DNA of 64,000 nucleotides from Basidiobolus meristosporus CBS 931.73 (GCA_002104905.1 MCFE01000063.1:124001-188000), one strand, 5' to 3'. Numbered from the stretch's first letter, positions 24,589 to 36,982 are shown. Translations and numbers: made by a program. The notes: generated by a model from the letters alone, not told the origin.

Positions 24589-26091
24589 TTATGGGGATTG
24601 CTTCTTTTCGAATTCCTCAAAGGCAAACTCTACTGCCTCGAGCAGATTTTCCGAGATAGTTTTGGGAACAATTCCGCTCAGGTTATCCGATTCTGTTTGG
24701 AAGATACCAGTCTTTACTAGAACTGAGTGCCATCCTGCACGATTTGCTCCATCGATATCTACATTGAGGAACCTGTGAGTAATCAGTTCAAAAGATATCT
24801 TCATATCTAGCTATCGACATCACCTGAAGCAGGGTTGTCACCAACACCGTAGACTGTATTGATTACGGAGGTCTCATCAATGCGAGCTGAATGCCTCTTC
24901 AGCATGTCTTTAGCATAATCATAGGTAGGGACCTCGGGTTTACCATAGTGATGAACTTTGAAATGGCTTTCGAGCATGCTCCCGCCATCCTTGGGAGTAG
25001 GAAGGGTGACACCAGCAGCTTTAGCAGCTTGGCACCCATGGTTCTTCCACCAACGTTCATATAATGACTCTAGACATACGCCCAAGGCACCGCCAGCAAA
25101 TCTCGGAGAAGGATATATACTGCTATACGTGAAGTCACCATTGGTAAAGAAAAGGGCTAGGTCTTCACTTGGGCGTAGAGAGATATCGGTAGAGCTATGA
25201 GGTGGTGCTTTCTGGCCAATGCGAGAGTATGTGTGGGTGGTTAAGAGATCAAACATGATTTGTAAATCCATGCCCCTATTCATCAAAAAACCTTTTATCA
25301 GCCACGAACAATATTCCTCGGAAATGTAGTCCAGTTACCAATCCCAACTATCATGGAAAGCCATGATAGCGCTAATTCGGTCTGTGTGACCAACGGTGCT
25401 GATGTTCGTCTGCAGAGAACAATGTTAGATTGCTCGTACACCATGAATGATGATTTGGCTACCGATCGTTACTTTGTTCACTTCTCTAGGGTGATGGAAA
25501 GGCTTGACATGTCGATTTAGCGCGTAGACATCTTCGGTGAGAAGCACTTTCTTGAAGCCATATCTATCAAGATTTGAGGATTATTTGGTGGGTTGATATT
25601 GTTCTCACGGGCAAGAATACTTACGAGTGAGCAACCTCTTTACAGGCATCTCTACCGATGACCAACACCGGCTCCTCTTCATATCTCCTGGACCAGGCCT
25701 TGAGAGGACTATGTGAAAGTATGATTTGCTCTTTAGTCACCTCAAAGCCTATTTTCGAAGCTAGGTCAGCCGCCTTTGCCTCCTCTGTCAAGCCACCGCC
25801 GTTGGTCAAAAAAACGTATGGGATCTTCCTATATCACCGTGAAACAGCGTTACGGGACTGCATAGCAACACTACAACAAACCAGGAATGCATACTTGTTC
25901 CACTTGTTTTCGCCGTTCAACTTCTTCAAAGCCTCCACGGCCTCGGGGATCACACTATCGCCTTTAACAATCACGCCGTCGACGTCCAAAGCAAAGCCGA
26001 AGTCAGGCGACCGATGGGTGGATAAGCTACGAACGCAAACGGAGGCGACACGGTTTAATATGGGCAAACGTCTAGCGAGGAGTGCGCTCAT
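24589..26091 (-). CDS. HAD-superfamily subfamily IIA hydrolase (CECR5/HDHD5/YKR070W-like), mitochondrial presequence
   Basis: FALDVDGVIVKG (DxD), TNGGG, SHSP, YGKP, GVGDNPASD, NRAGWHSVLVKTG. Confidence 0.9.
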
Positions 26092-26848
26092 TGTTGACCT
26101 TCTAGCAAGTTAGTGGTACCAAGGACCGCGACAAAATGGGGGGAATCGCCGGCCAACGATTCTCATTAAATACCAGCTCCCATCGATTTTCGTCATACCA
26201 TCACCATACCAATTGAGCGGTCGCATCCACTTCGAGATTTAATTCTCACTTAAATCAACCCTAAATTAATCTTCAGGACCCGGGGAGAATCACGGCGCCG
26301 GATTGATTGGAGGATAGTGCATGCGGTGGCTTTGGTGTAGTGTGGTGGGCACCATTGGAGCTCGCTCAGATCTGGGCATCATCTTCCAATTAATCGAAAT
26401 GCCGAAACCCACTTCCTTGGAAAATTTTGCCTTGGTTCCTGCAACCTCCCAAGCAATCGCCGAAAATGCCCCAACGTGCCCTAATCGGTGCGGACGCTTC
26501 ACGAAAATCGGTCTCAATATGCACCTATTAGGGCCAGGGAAGCACTATTTGTTAAGTGGCTGGCCAAACAATGTACAAGCATCGCCATCGATCGAATGGT
26601 GGCATGTGTGAGGCTCAACCTGATTCACGCATACTGCTGCGCGACTCCAGTCCTAGGGATTTCACACGCATCTGCCAGGCACCATCCAGCGGGGAATCCT
26701 GCGATGTCCACCTGCCCCAGGCGTGATCAAACCAGCAATCCCTGGGCCCTATACACGTTGATTAACTTCGACTGCTATTCACTTTATTGCTGAGAATAAA
26801 TATACATAAAACATACAGGATTTATATGACATATATAAAAACGGAGCC

Positions 26849-28789
26849 TTACTCTTCCTTTTCTTTCTTGATAAATCGAAGTGGTGTTTTGACAAGATGG
26901 GAGGATCCGATGATGACTATCAATGCTAGGAGCAGGAACAGCTGCGCGATCCCAAGCCTCTTTTCGAAGAGCACCTAGGCCAAGAATCGGGTTAGCTTCA
27001 GCATTAATGGATCTGTGCGGGTGCCATTCACGTACCTCATCCGCAAGGATATGGACCTTCCTGGACAGCTCGTAGATCTGCTTGTTGGTATGATCACGGT
27101 AGGCTTTCATTTCGTGGATCGACGTCTGCCATACGAACTCGTACGTGTTACGCTGATCAATGGAAAACGTTATTGCCTGGGCAAAATGTACGAGGTAATC
27201 AGATGGGTGGACTTGCCAGGATGTTCAGCTGTGCCAGGGCGGTTTCGTTCAGGTTGTTCAGCGCAGACCATATCTGTCGTTTCTGAGAATGCTCGATCTT
27301 GGAAAAGATCTCGTTGATCACTCGGCTTTGTTCCTCGAGGTATTTGTAGGACAGCGTGACGTTTTGCTCCAGGACTGAGAGCTTCTTCATGATGGTCTTG
27401 AAGATACTCTCCTGTGTGCCGGCCGAAGGCACGATGTAAGGGTAGCCATTCTCGTCATGCTTTGGGTTCGAAGAAGTAGCGGTTTCCGGGATCGATCTGG
27501 TGGTAAAGGTTGAGTCCATCTGAACATGTGTGGCAGCACATTCTCTGTCCATAGGCTCGATGATGTCCGCGAATTTGATTGCAGTGGAGCAGACGCTCGG
27601 CTGCACCAGGGTCGGAAGTGGGCTGACGGGGGTTGTGGGATCTGGCTTCGCCTGGGATGGTTGCCTCGGCTTCACGGAAGCAGCGGTCTCCTTCGGATAT
27701 GATGACGGGGCGTTTTCCTCGACGAAATTTGATAATGTGGGTATTACTATCTTGGGGAATGATAGATTGATGGTGGAGTCGGATGGCGCGCCGGATGCCA
27801 CGGATTCGGGCAAAGGCGTGGACGATTCCTCTGACAAAAGCTCATCCTCTTCTCGCTTGTATTCCTCCATCATTGTTGTCCCGTGCACACGGAATAAACT
27901 CAGAGGGCAGAAATATTCGTTTCCGTAATGAGATAGTATGTCGACTCGAATGTACCGTGTCCATATCAAGGGGTTGCTCACATGAAACACCTAGAAAAAC
28001 GGGTTAGTGGGCTCTTTCACCATCATTTGAGCATGCGCGGCTAGTAGTTACCTGCACATCGCGCACATTTTGTGCTTGATATTCCCCCAGTACTTTCCAT
28101 CCGGAGGATGCTTTTGGTGGATACCGATCACTCACTGACACTCTAAAATCTTTGAACATTGATGAAAAAAACTCGTAGTTTGCAAGCGCCACAGTATCTA
28201 CGAGGATATCGTCACAGAGCTCAACTACAAAATATTTCTCAGCTTTGCATTTGTTTAGCATATACTGATCCTTGCTCTCGCTTAAGATAGCGCTGGCGCC
28301 CTTCGCTTCCGGATTGGAGGTGAAAAGAGCTGCGCAGATGTACGAGGCATAATTGAAACGTTCCTTCGAGGATTTGGCAGTCATTTCAGGGATATAAAGT
28401 GTCCTTTGATATTTGTTTTCCTCGGTGGAGGGTGTTGGAAACGGGACATCTTCCTGATGTTGCTGTTGGTATGGATACTTCAGTTGCTCTTCGTAAACTG
28501 GTGGTGGTTGTTCATCGCCTTCGCCTAGCTCATCCCCAAGATAAGGCTCGGAAAAAGTGTTTGAGCGGATCCTGGGCCTTGCTCTTGGTGCAGAATCTAG
28601 AGATTGGCCTTCCCTCTCCAAAGTGATTTTCCGCCACTCCTCAAAAGGCATCAGATGAGATTGAGGGAATACCTGAGGGTCTTGGCTTTTCTGCGAGGTA
28701 TAAAGTGAATTGTGAGCATCGGATTGAGGTGGGAGTGCCAACATGCAAGCCCATGCTAAAGTTAGGGAGCCTAGGTATTCGCACTTCAT
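26849..28789 (-). CDS. SLP1: SUN-like domain ER membrane protein (Slp1/SUCO family)
   Basis: FNYASYICAA, YMLNKC, VVELCDDILVDTVALANYEFFSSMFKDF, HYGNEYFCPLSLFRVHGTTMMEEY, QESIFKTIMKKL, C-terminal TM helix. The model needs a GC-AG intron at 27177-27216. Confidence 0.9.
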
Positions 28790-29831
28790 TCGATTGAAAG
28801 AAGGGTAAAATACAACCAACTTCGGAAGTGAATTATGGAATCAACCTTTTAATCGTCACATCATACCTGATGTCCACTCTCATCCCTTTAAGATTTGTCA
28901 GATTCCAATTGATGGCTGATTTGACAGAGCTTAAACTTAATCACGTTGTTATCATCTGGGCAGAACAATTTCTACTGTCAAAAATCAAGCATCTTGATTG
29001 GCTCAGATAGTGCATTAAAAACGAGCTGAAGGTCTATCCATAGCGTCGATTGATTATGCTAAGCAACTGCTGGTTTAGAAAGCACGGAGTGAATTGGCAG
29101 GTAAATGGGCTATAACGTGGATAACCATCACAAAACTCGGGTACCCCATCATGGTCCTCGGGAATCCTGTATGGGCAATATGATATCGGCGACATACCAT
29201 ACGACCACATGTCTATCTTTGCTTAACGGCCTTCAAGCAAGCGGATGCACGAAATCAAGCTTCCTTAGGTCACTGATATTTCTTCTGAATTGGACCAAGT
29301 GGAAATGGCCGAGCCACTCTTTAAGCTCGTATCACTCTAAACCTCCATCAAACGTATTGTGCAATCATTTGTGAAATCCATCCCTGTAACGCCCGAGTTC
29401 AAAACAAGAAAAACTGGCCTGGCAAAGGCTCGAAGGTGTCCCCGAGTAAACGAAAGGCTACGTAATCTCCAGGCTCTATTTTGTTCATACCCTGTTGTGC
29501 CAAAATTAGGGAGATTACTATGGTTTCCGGCTGCATTGGACGATCATTGGCGTCTATATATATATGCAGGCCTAATTATATCAGAATCCGCATCAGAGTG
29601 TGTATCGTGACACCGCAGCTCAATGATGCATGGCCCTTGCCTTCAGGCTCTCAACACACTCGAGATTCAGGTTCATGGCTGCACCGTCCAAGTGAATTTT
29701 GGGATATCGACTGTGAATTACATACATAATTTATTAAAATCCAAGTGAAATATGACGTACGAAAACTCTAAATTCCAGCCAAATGACTTTGGACGAGTGA
29801 TGCACAAGGAAGGCTGCCACCTCAAATATAC

Positions 29832-30791
29832 TCAAACCATTCTGGATTGGCTAAGGAACGAGCACCCAACCAGTGTGGCGAGAACCAGCGCCCAATGAGT
29901 CTCTCGCTTTGTTATGGAGCTGCCTGAGGTAAGTTGAACTGGATCACCAACACTGAACTGGATGTTTCTATAGAAAGTGTATGTGTCAATCGGTGTGGCA
30001 TAGGATGCGTCGCCACCACCAAAAAATGTACTAAACAGAATATCATCGATTGCAATGGCACCAGTATTTCTGAAAAGTACATTGGGCATATCCAGCCATT
30101 CTTCACCATTTACATACAGTCGCAACACTCCGTTGCTCTTTCCAGGAGCGTTCAGCTGCACATACAATTGTAACTGGTTCCAAGTTCCAAGATTCAGACT
30201 TACCCCTTGGCCTAGAGAAACACCGTACTTCTCACGGCAGGTTGCTCGCGGGTTGGAACAGAGGTCTTTATCGTTGGGGATGTAGGCATATACCTCACCA
30301 ACGCCCAGTTCTCTCCACATCAAACGGGCAGAGAAGCACTTGTCGCCATTGCTTGGTTCACCTCCGGTGCAGCCTTCCTTAGGATCGCCACCAAATATTC
30401 CAGGAAGCTTACCCCCTTTCTGCCAAGGGAAGTTGGAGGGAAACCCCACTTCGTAACTTAATAATACACGGTCGAAATTCTGTCCAGCAAAGGGCTGTGC
30501 AAAAAACTCAACGCCGCCAGCCTGTGGAGACTTCTGTGGGCTATAGCTGTTTTTGGGATAAAACACGCTGTACACCTTTTGGGTGGTATTGGTTATCGGG
30601 TCTGTGACTATCTTTATATTCCCCAGGGTACTCTTGGTTGTTAGCACATAGTTCCAGTCACCACCCTTAGGATCGGAAGGGTCTGTGTTGAGAGAAGGTT
30701 GCCAAGTTGACTTCAAGCCAAGTGATTGTGCCAAGTCTTGTGCGCGCACAGTGAATGACCAAGCAGAAATGTAGAATAGTAGTAAATACAT
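29832..30791 (-). CDS. Polysaccharide lyase family 14-like protein with signal peptide and GPI-like or TM tail
   Basis: YPKNSYSP, GGVEFFA, KGGKLPGIFGG, CFSARLMWR, GEVYAYIP, LYVQLN, FSTFFGG are PL14 motifs. Intronless. Confidence 0.87.
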   Translation of the reverse strand: MYLLLFYISAWSFTVRAQDLAQSLGLKSTWQPSLNTDPSDPKGGDWNYVLTTKSTLGNIKIVTDPITNTTQKVYSVFYPKNSYSPQKSPQAGGVEFFAQPFAGQNFDRVLLSYEVGFPSNFPWQKGGKLPGIFGGDPKEGCTGGEPSNGDKCFSARLMWRELGVGEVYAYIPNDKDLCSNPRATCREKYGVSLGQGVSLNLGTWNQLQLYVQLNAPGKSNGVLRLYVNGEEWLDMPNVLFRNTGAIAIDDILFSTFFGGGDASYATPIDTYTFYRNIQFSVGDPVQLTSGSSITKRETHWALVLATLVGCSFLSQSRMV

Positions 30792-31599
30792 CTTTGGAAA
30801 AGATGTAAATCCCAAAAAGTAAATATGTAGGAAACCTGATAATCAGGGTTTAATTGGATGGCTTCCATTGGTTGGATTGGATACAATTGATGACTTGAAT
30901 AGCAGTATCACATTGTTCAGCGAACCAAGTATATAATGGATCGTATCACCTGATGCGGATGCAGGTATATTATTAGATTTGCAGTCCATTTAGGCATTCT
31001 TGCTCCTTCTCGTGTTTCATCTTTCATTATGCATGGGTATGTATACAATCATAGCCAATGTGGATTTGTAAATATTACGAGACAAATAGAGTTCATCCTG
31101 CATTATGGCCGTAACTAATGGAAAGAGAGGCTACCGATTTCCTAATGCATCTTTCATATGTTTGAATTAAGATCTACAAGATATATAGGGTGTAGGAACA
31201 TCCACATGCATCGACTACAGCTGGGTGTGAAGATGAGCAGCCCTCCTGGGCTCTGAGGCTCGCAATATACGACAGGTGAGGGCTTGAGCTTGATATATTT
31301 CGAACAAAACAAGCCTCAACAATTTGTGGTACGGTAAAAGCCACCAGTTGGCAGATAAGAGCATGAGCCAATTATCTGCAAAGCCAGATTTATTCACCTA
31401 ATTCGTTCCCCTTCCATAAACATCGTTAATGCTAGGGCTTTTCTTCGGCTAATTCCGAAAATGTATTTATTAGTGTAACCGAAATATTTGATAGGTAACA
31501 TTCTCAACTGTTTTATGCTCTATACTACTGTAGCCAAAATCAATCAAGAGAAACTTCGATTGAGTTCTTCGTATCTAAGATGCCCTGCACTGCGAAGCA

Positions 31600-31607
31600 T
31601 ATAAAAG
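31600..31607 (+). promoter_or_regulatory. TATA box of the MIR-domain gene
   Basis: TATAAAAG, 45 nt before the ATG at 31653. Confidence 0.55.
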
Positions 31608-31652
31608 TGGAGTACCACACACTGCTCTGTGCATAGTCATTCTCTTAACAAA

Positions 31653-32854
31653 ATGAACGGATACCCTAACAACCACTCAAACCAGTACAGTCAACCTGGG
31701 TATAACTCCCAGTCCGGTTATGGCCAAACCAACATGCCACACAATAATGCACCTAATGGTGGCTACGGCCAGTCCAACATGCCCCAGAACAATGCACCTA
31801 ATGGTGGCTATGGCCAGTCCAACATGCCCCAGAACAACGCCCCTTCTGGCGGTTACAATCAATCCCTCCAGGACTATCAACAGCAATTCCAGCATGAGCA
31901 AGAAAAGAAGAAGAAGTGGCAGGTAACGTCAAGAATGATTAGCTTGTACTGAACCATGAACTAACTCCTAAATAGATTGCCGGAGGAATAGCTGCCGGTG
32001 CTCTTGCTGTAGGTGCTGCTGCCTTGGGAGCCAAGTACTATGCTGATCACCATGACAGTTCCGATGAAGAAAGTAAGCCAGTGATGAACCAAAACAATCA
32101 CCAGAACAACAACTATAATGACCATCACAACAACAACTACAACGACCATCACAACAGCAACAGCAACAACAACAACAACAACAACGGAAACTGCCACGTT
32201 CCTCCTCCTCAGGTTTGTCCCCAAAACAACGGCGAGGTTAGAAGCGACAACTATCACAACTATCCTGCCCCATCTGGCCAACCGGGAATCACTCCCCACG
32301 CTTACCCAATCCTTGACCATTATGGTGGTGAGCAGGTGAAGATCGGCTCTAAGATCACGCTGAAGCATAACAATTCCGGAAGATTCCTTACTCATTGCTG
32401 GTCAAGCCCCAGCAATGGCAGCTCTGGTCAACCTTTGCCCGCTTGTGGTGGATGGAATCCAGGCCAAGATGAGTTCTGGCAAGTTATTCCCGCAAACGGA
32501 GACGTAGCCGTCCCAGGACAACCCTTGGACTATGGTTGCTATGTTCGTCTTCGCCACATTCCCACCAAGCGTCACCTTCACAGCCATTTTGATGCTCGTG
32601 CTCCTGCCAGCGGTCAACAAGAGGTAACTTGCTACGGTGACGAAATGAACTCCGACAAGAACGACCATTGGAAGGTTGAGAAGTGGGAGGGTGGAAATGG
32701 ACCATGGATGACTGGCGACTCCTTCTGTCTTCGTCATGTTAACACCAACCGTTTTCTTCGTAGCGATTCCTCTATGCTTGATTCTGAGCACCAGGAAGTC
32801 AACTGCGGTGGTAACGGAATTGATGAGAATGATAGATGGAGAGTTGTCTTCTAA
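31653..32854 (+). CDS. MIR (beta-trefoil, SDF2/PMT-loop-like) domain protein with N/Q/G/Y-rich N-terminus, ~382 aa
   Basis: Intron 31923-31975 (GT...ctaac...AG) joins the exons in frame. Three MIR repeats: LKHNNSGRFL, LRHIPTKRHLHSH...GQQEVTCYG...NDHW, LRHVNTNRFL...QEVNC...NDRW. No signal peptide or HDEL. Confidence 0.85.
31713..31856 (+). repeat. Coding tandem repeat, 45 bp x3 plus a partial copy (GGYGQSNMPQNNAPN)
   Basis: Units start at 31713, 31758 and 31803; partial unit at 31848. Confidence 0.9.
32165..32185 (+). repeat. (AAC)7 coding microsatellite (poly-Asn)
   Basis: Seven AAC units, preceded by two 24-bp NNNYNDHH units. Confidence 0.9.
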
Positions 32855-33593
32855 ATGTTGACTGTATTTTAAAGTACTGTATTATCATATTGCATCTGAG
32901 CAGTTGTCAATCTCATCTGGACAACTCCTCAATAAATTAATTTACAACTATAGTCATTGCTAAACAACTATTCCGTTTGCCCCCGAGGATGATCCTAAGT
33001 CCATGGGTACAAATGATGTACTAGTGCTTGTAAATCTTCATCATCAGTATTAGTCAGAATCGGGCAGGTATGTTCCAAGCTCATTCTTCAACTATGAATA
33101 GACGAAAACAATACCTCCAAAGGTCTGTATGGATCCTTTAAATGGACATAATGAATGCAGAATCCATAGAAGGCAACGCGAAATCGATTCCAGAACCTTC
33201 AGAGGCGTTGCATGCTGGCCAGCGTATTTAGAATATGTCTATTTGACATCCACATTTTCTGCATGCGTGGTTAAGCGATCTGCCATCCAAAGACGTTTAA
33301 ATAGAACATACTCTTAGTCATATAAGTCCTGACTGGCATTTCAGACACCAGTATAGACGGTCTTGATTGCTCTCATGCTTTTTCATTTCCGGCCACGATC
33401 AGAGCAACACGCCACAGGTGGTCAATTACATGGCTAAGCTCCAGTTTGGCTAGCATCCCTGAGCATGCCTGGAAAGTCTTTATTGTGTGCGTGACGCTGA
33501 CAGAAGATATGAGGGAAGAGAAGCGGATATTAAACGAGGGCAACATCCTGGTGTACTGGTTGGGTACCCCGACGGGGCCATTATTTGCGGCGA

Positions 33594-34676
33594 TTAGAGG
33601 CGGCGAAGGAGCGGACGAATACGTGCGAAGTAATATCCAACACCGAAGAGTGTTCCTCCTACGTGAGCAGCATGTCCAATTTTTCCTAGCTATCTTGAGG
33701 GTAAGTGGACCAGCAAACCACTGTGCTAATAAATTTGCTACTTACAGGAGATCTATAGCTTTGCAGCATATCATACGCGGCGAATGCACCAACCGCCAAG
33801 ATGGCTGGCGCAGGGATGATGAAAAAGATCAACACTGTACTGGTGGGGTAGAGTAAGGCAAACATTGACATCACACCCATCACGCTCCCTAAGGAATTCC
33901 AACTTGTTAGGATCCACAGATAGAAACTCCGCTTTGAAGTCTAGTACCTGATGCCCCTAGGCCGGAGAAATTGCTTCTCTGCTTCTCATAATATTTAAAA
34001 TGGCATAGGAAACCCAAAGCACCAGCAAGAGCTGACCCCAAATACAACGTCAAAAATCTCTTCTGCCCCAATACAGCCAAGACCTAAGAGGAAATATGTT
34101 AAACCTGGGCAGTGGCAAATCGTTAAATGAGTCCATTACTGGGGGTCCAAAAGTCCATAGTGCAAACATGTTAAATCCAATGTGCGTGAAATCCATGTGA
34201 CTGAAGGCATAGGTTAAGGTTGTCCACAAACGCCCCTCTTTAATGTTGTGAAGTGTAAGAAGAAAGTTCTTTTGGAGGAAATAAAAAAGCGATCCATCTC
34301 TGAAGCGTTGATAGCTTGCAATACCATATTGCCATAATCCATATACGGCAACGTTTGCGCCGATGAGAGTATAAAGTAATCCACTATCACTTAAACGAAA
34401 CCCTCTACGGGCATTGTAGACGTGGTATCCTCTGGTACTCTGTAGGGGCAGGGAGATTTTTGAAGAGAAAAATGCAGGCCCTGGGGTTGAGAATGGCTTT
34501 GTTGGATATTTGATTAGGTGACTCCTCGCACTCACTTGTCGAGTAGTCGAAAAGACGCCGGCGCGTACGGTAGACAACGATTCGGAGCGTAAAAAGCCAA
34601 TGCCCTTCGACTTTACTTGGGCGGAAAGATGCCGAGTATTATTGCTCAGGGCAGTTCTGATTGCTGGAAGGAACAT
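33594..34676 (-). CDS. PCP1: Mitochondrial-type rhomboid intramembrane serine protease (Pcp1/PARL-like)
   Basis: Arg/Ser-rich presequence, FSHMDFTHIGFNM, spliced GLGASGSV (catalytic Ser), HAAHVGG (catalytic His). Three introns. Confidence 0.88.
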
Positions 34677-35014
34677 TGCTTCGTTATTGGACAAATAAAC
34701 AACCAAAACGGTAACTTGATGCGCTTTACAGTTATAAGTAACAGAAGCCAAAATTTGCTGTCGTTACCCAACTTGGAGCTTACCAATTGATTTACCTACG
34801 TCAACTGGAGCATGATTTAGTTGGGAAATTTGAGATTAACCAAGGCTAGTCTACCCTATACCTTGGGTTAGGTGTGATGTCAAGAATATCAATTAAGCAT
34901 GTGAATATGACGAGATGAAACCGAATGATGATACTATACGTCATTGAGCATTGTTGCTATATTAAAGACAACTGACCTGATGTTCGAACTCATATTTCGC
35001 TCCACTGACTCATA

Positions 35015-35812
35015 ATGGGATTTCAAGTGTACAATTTGATCCGGGAAGTCGCGCTCAAGAACGTCAAAGATGGCTCCAAAATTAAAGCTAGCCAGTTATG
35101 GGAGAACTCCCCTGCACTTATAATGGTGGTTCGCCGTCCAGGCTGTAAACTGTGTCGTAAGGAGGCCAAGGACCTGGCAGATCAGCGTACCCAGATTACC
35201 GAAAAATGGGTGAGTTCCTTCCGGAAGTCTCCTATGTATGCACCATTAACGCCTTTGATAAAGGGTATTCCAATGTATGCTGTTGTTCATGAAGAGCTCG
35301 GTGTGGAGGAGTTCAACCAGGAATTTTTCCAAGGAACTGTTTATCACGATGAGAACAAAGGTTTCTTCAAAGCTCTTGGGTAATACGATAGTTTTGACTC
35401 TACTATGGTTTCTATTTATCCTCGCTAACTCGAAATTATTTCCAGTGGTGGCAAATTAAGCTGGGCTAACTGGTCCAGTTTATTGAACCCTTATACCATA
35501 TACAACTATGTAACTTCGGTATGTAGCAGAATCAATTATCCAGGGAATTTTACTCAGAGATGATCGATTGTAGGGCGTTGATGGAAATTTCCAAGGAGAG
35601 GGAAGGTAGATCAAACCAAATTATTTTCATTTTCTCCGAGCTAACGGCATCGTGTTAGAATCTATGGCGGCTTGTACATTGTTGGCAAAGGAGATAAGGG
35701 AGTTATTTATGAGTACAAAGAGAAGTATCTTGGGGATATTGCACCAATGGAAGAAATACTGAAGGTTTGCGAAAAGGTAGCAGGGGGAGACACCTTGAAT
35801 TCCCGCCTGTAA
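35015..35812 (+). CDS. Peroxiredoxin-like 2 (PRXL2/FAM213, AhpC-TSA-like) redoxin
   Basis: LIMVVRRPGCKLCR (CxxC), YHDENKGFFKALG, GNFQGEG, LGGLYIVG. Multi-exon. Confidence 0.85.
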
Positions 35813-36199
35813 CATTTTCCCCGTTTACAGTTTTCAATTCAGTTGATGTTTTCTTCATTGACATCCCTACAATCTTGATAATAAACAAATTTTGATGGAG
35901 GTATGGCGTGTGATTTCCCCTTCATTTTACCAATGAGGCTCAGTCAAGTGCTGAAGAGTAGTTGGCATACTACCCCAAAAATATGTACAGGCTGCTTGAA
36001 ACTGTAATCCAGAGATATTTCATTTTTCAAGGCAGCTCATAAATAATTTTATATGCTAGTTGCTTTCTTTGGATTTGATGCTAGTGGAGGTTGTGCTGTA
36101 CATGGGTTTATAATTAGTGGGCGAATTTACAATACGGATGGCAATTTGGTTGTGCAATTTCAAGTGCAAGTGGCAGTAACGATGGGATATAGTGCATTT

Positions 36200-36982
36200 C
36201 TACTCATCCTCTTCATTGATCTTGGGAGCAAGGTAATAGTGCAAATATCCTATATCTCCAATCTTGTATTCTACCAGTAGCGGGACTTCATTGGATATAT
36301 TAAGGGTGACACGAGAAGACAACGGGCTTGCCTTTGTGAACTGTGAGAGATATTTAAGTGCGAAGGTAAGGCTTACTTTCTGGTTCAATTCAATAGAGAC
36401 GACATCATCTTCATTGTCAATAGCAGCATTCTGCTTTAAAGTGACACTTCCACTTCCCAGCTCTCCGCTGGCGCTAAATTTGGCCCCTTCTTTAGTAGCT
36501 TCAATGGTTATAGACTCACCCAAGATATTCATGTCTCGGCAAATACGTTGAAATTCAGCAGCAGGGAGTGCTATTACCGCATCATAGGTTGTATCCGGAA
36601 TACCCAGGTGCTCGGAGTCAATATCCATGAGCTTTAACTCGTATTCTGATACACGATCATTTGATGGCGACTCAAATAACAGATTCAATATATCGCCCGA
36701 GTCGTCAGCTTTCAAAGTAATAACATCGTCGTTTCCAGCGCATTTCAGGATTTTCGTGAAGGAATTCAGGTTGATACCCAAAGGGAGGTTACGGTCGCAA
36801 CGATATGGGTCGAAGCCGTCTGAACGCAGAAGCATAGCAACTAGCGCTACATGTGAGCTGTCCATGGCTTGTAGTGCTATTCCAGTGTCGTTGCAATCGA
36901 AGTTTGCATCGGTGACTAGCTCCTTGATAGCCTCTAATATTTTCTTCAATAATGAACCTTGAGTAAGACGCGCTTCAAGCAT
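36200..36982 (-). CDS. POL30: Proliferating cell nuclear antigen, intronless
   Basis: MLEARL...[11 protein letters not shown]...[16 protein letters not shown]...YYLAPKI. Confidence 0.98.
   Translation of the reverse strand: MLEARLTQGSLLKKILEAIKELVTDANFDCNDTGIALQAMDSSHVALVAMLLRSDGFDPYRCDRNLPLGINLNSFTKILKCAGNDDVITLKADDSGDILNLLFESPSNDRVSEYELKLMDIDSEHLGIPDTTYDAVIALPAAEFQRICRDMNILGESITIEATKEGAKFSASGELGSGSVTLKQNAAIDNEDDVVSIELNQKVSLTFALKYLSQFTKASPLSSRVTLNISNEVPLLVEYKIGDIGYLHYYLAPKINEEDE

Noticed and set aside
26290-26790. Overlapping ORFs between the HAD gene and SLP1, first considered as extra SLP1 exons
   Set aside because: SLP1 stops at 26849 in frame after the TM exon, and the ORFs have no motifs.
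31961-32395. Val-rich antisense ORF and Thr-rich alternate-frame ORF
   Set aside because: Shadows of the AAC repeats in the MIR gene.
34925-34980. ATGATGA...CTGA, a box C/D snoRNA-like pair
   Set aside because: Only ~56 nt, weak terminal stem, no rRNA-complementary guide recognised, and it lies in a divergent promoter.
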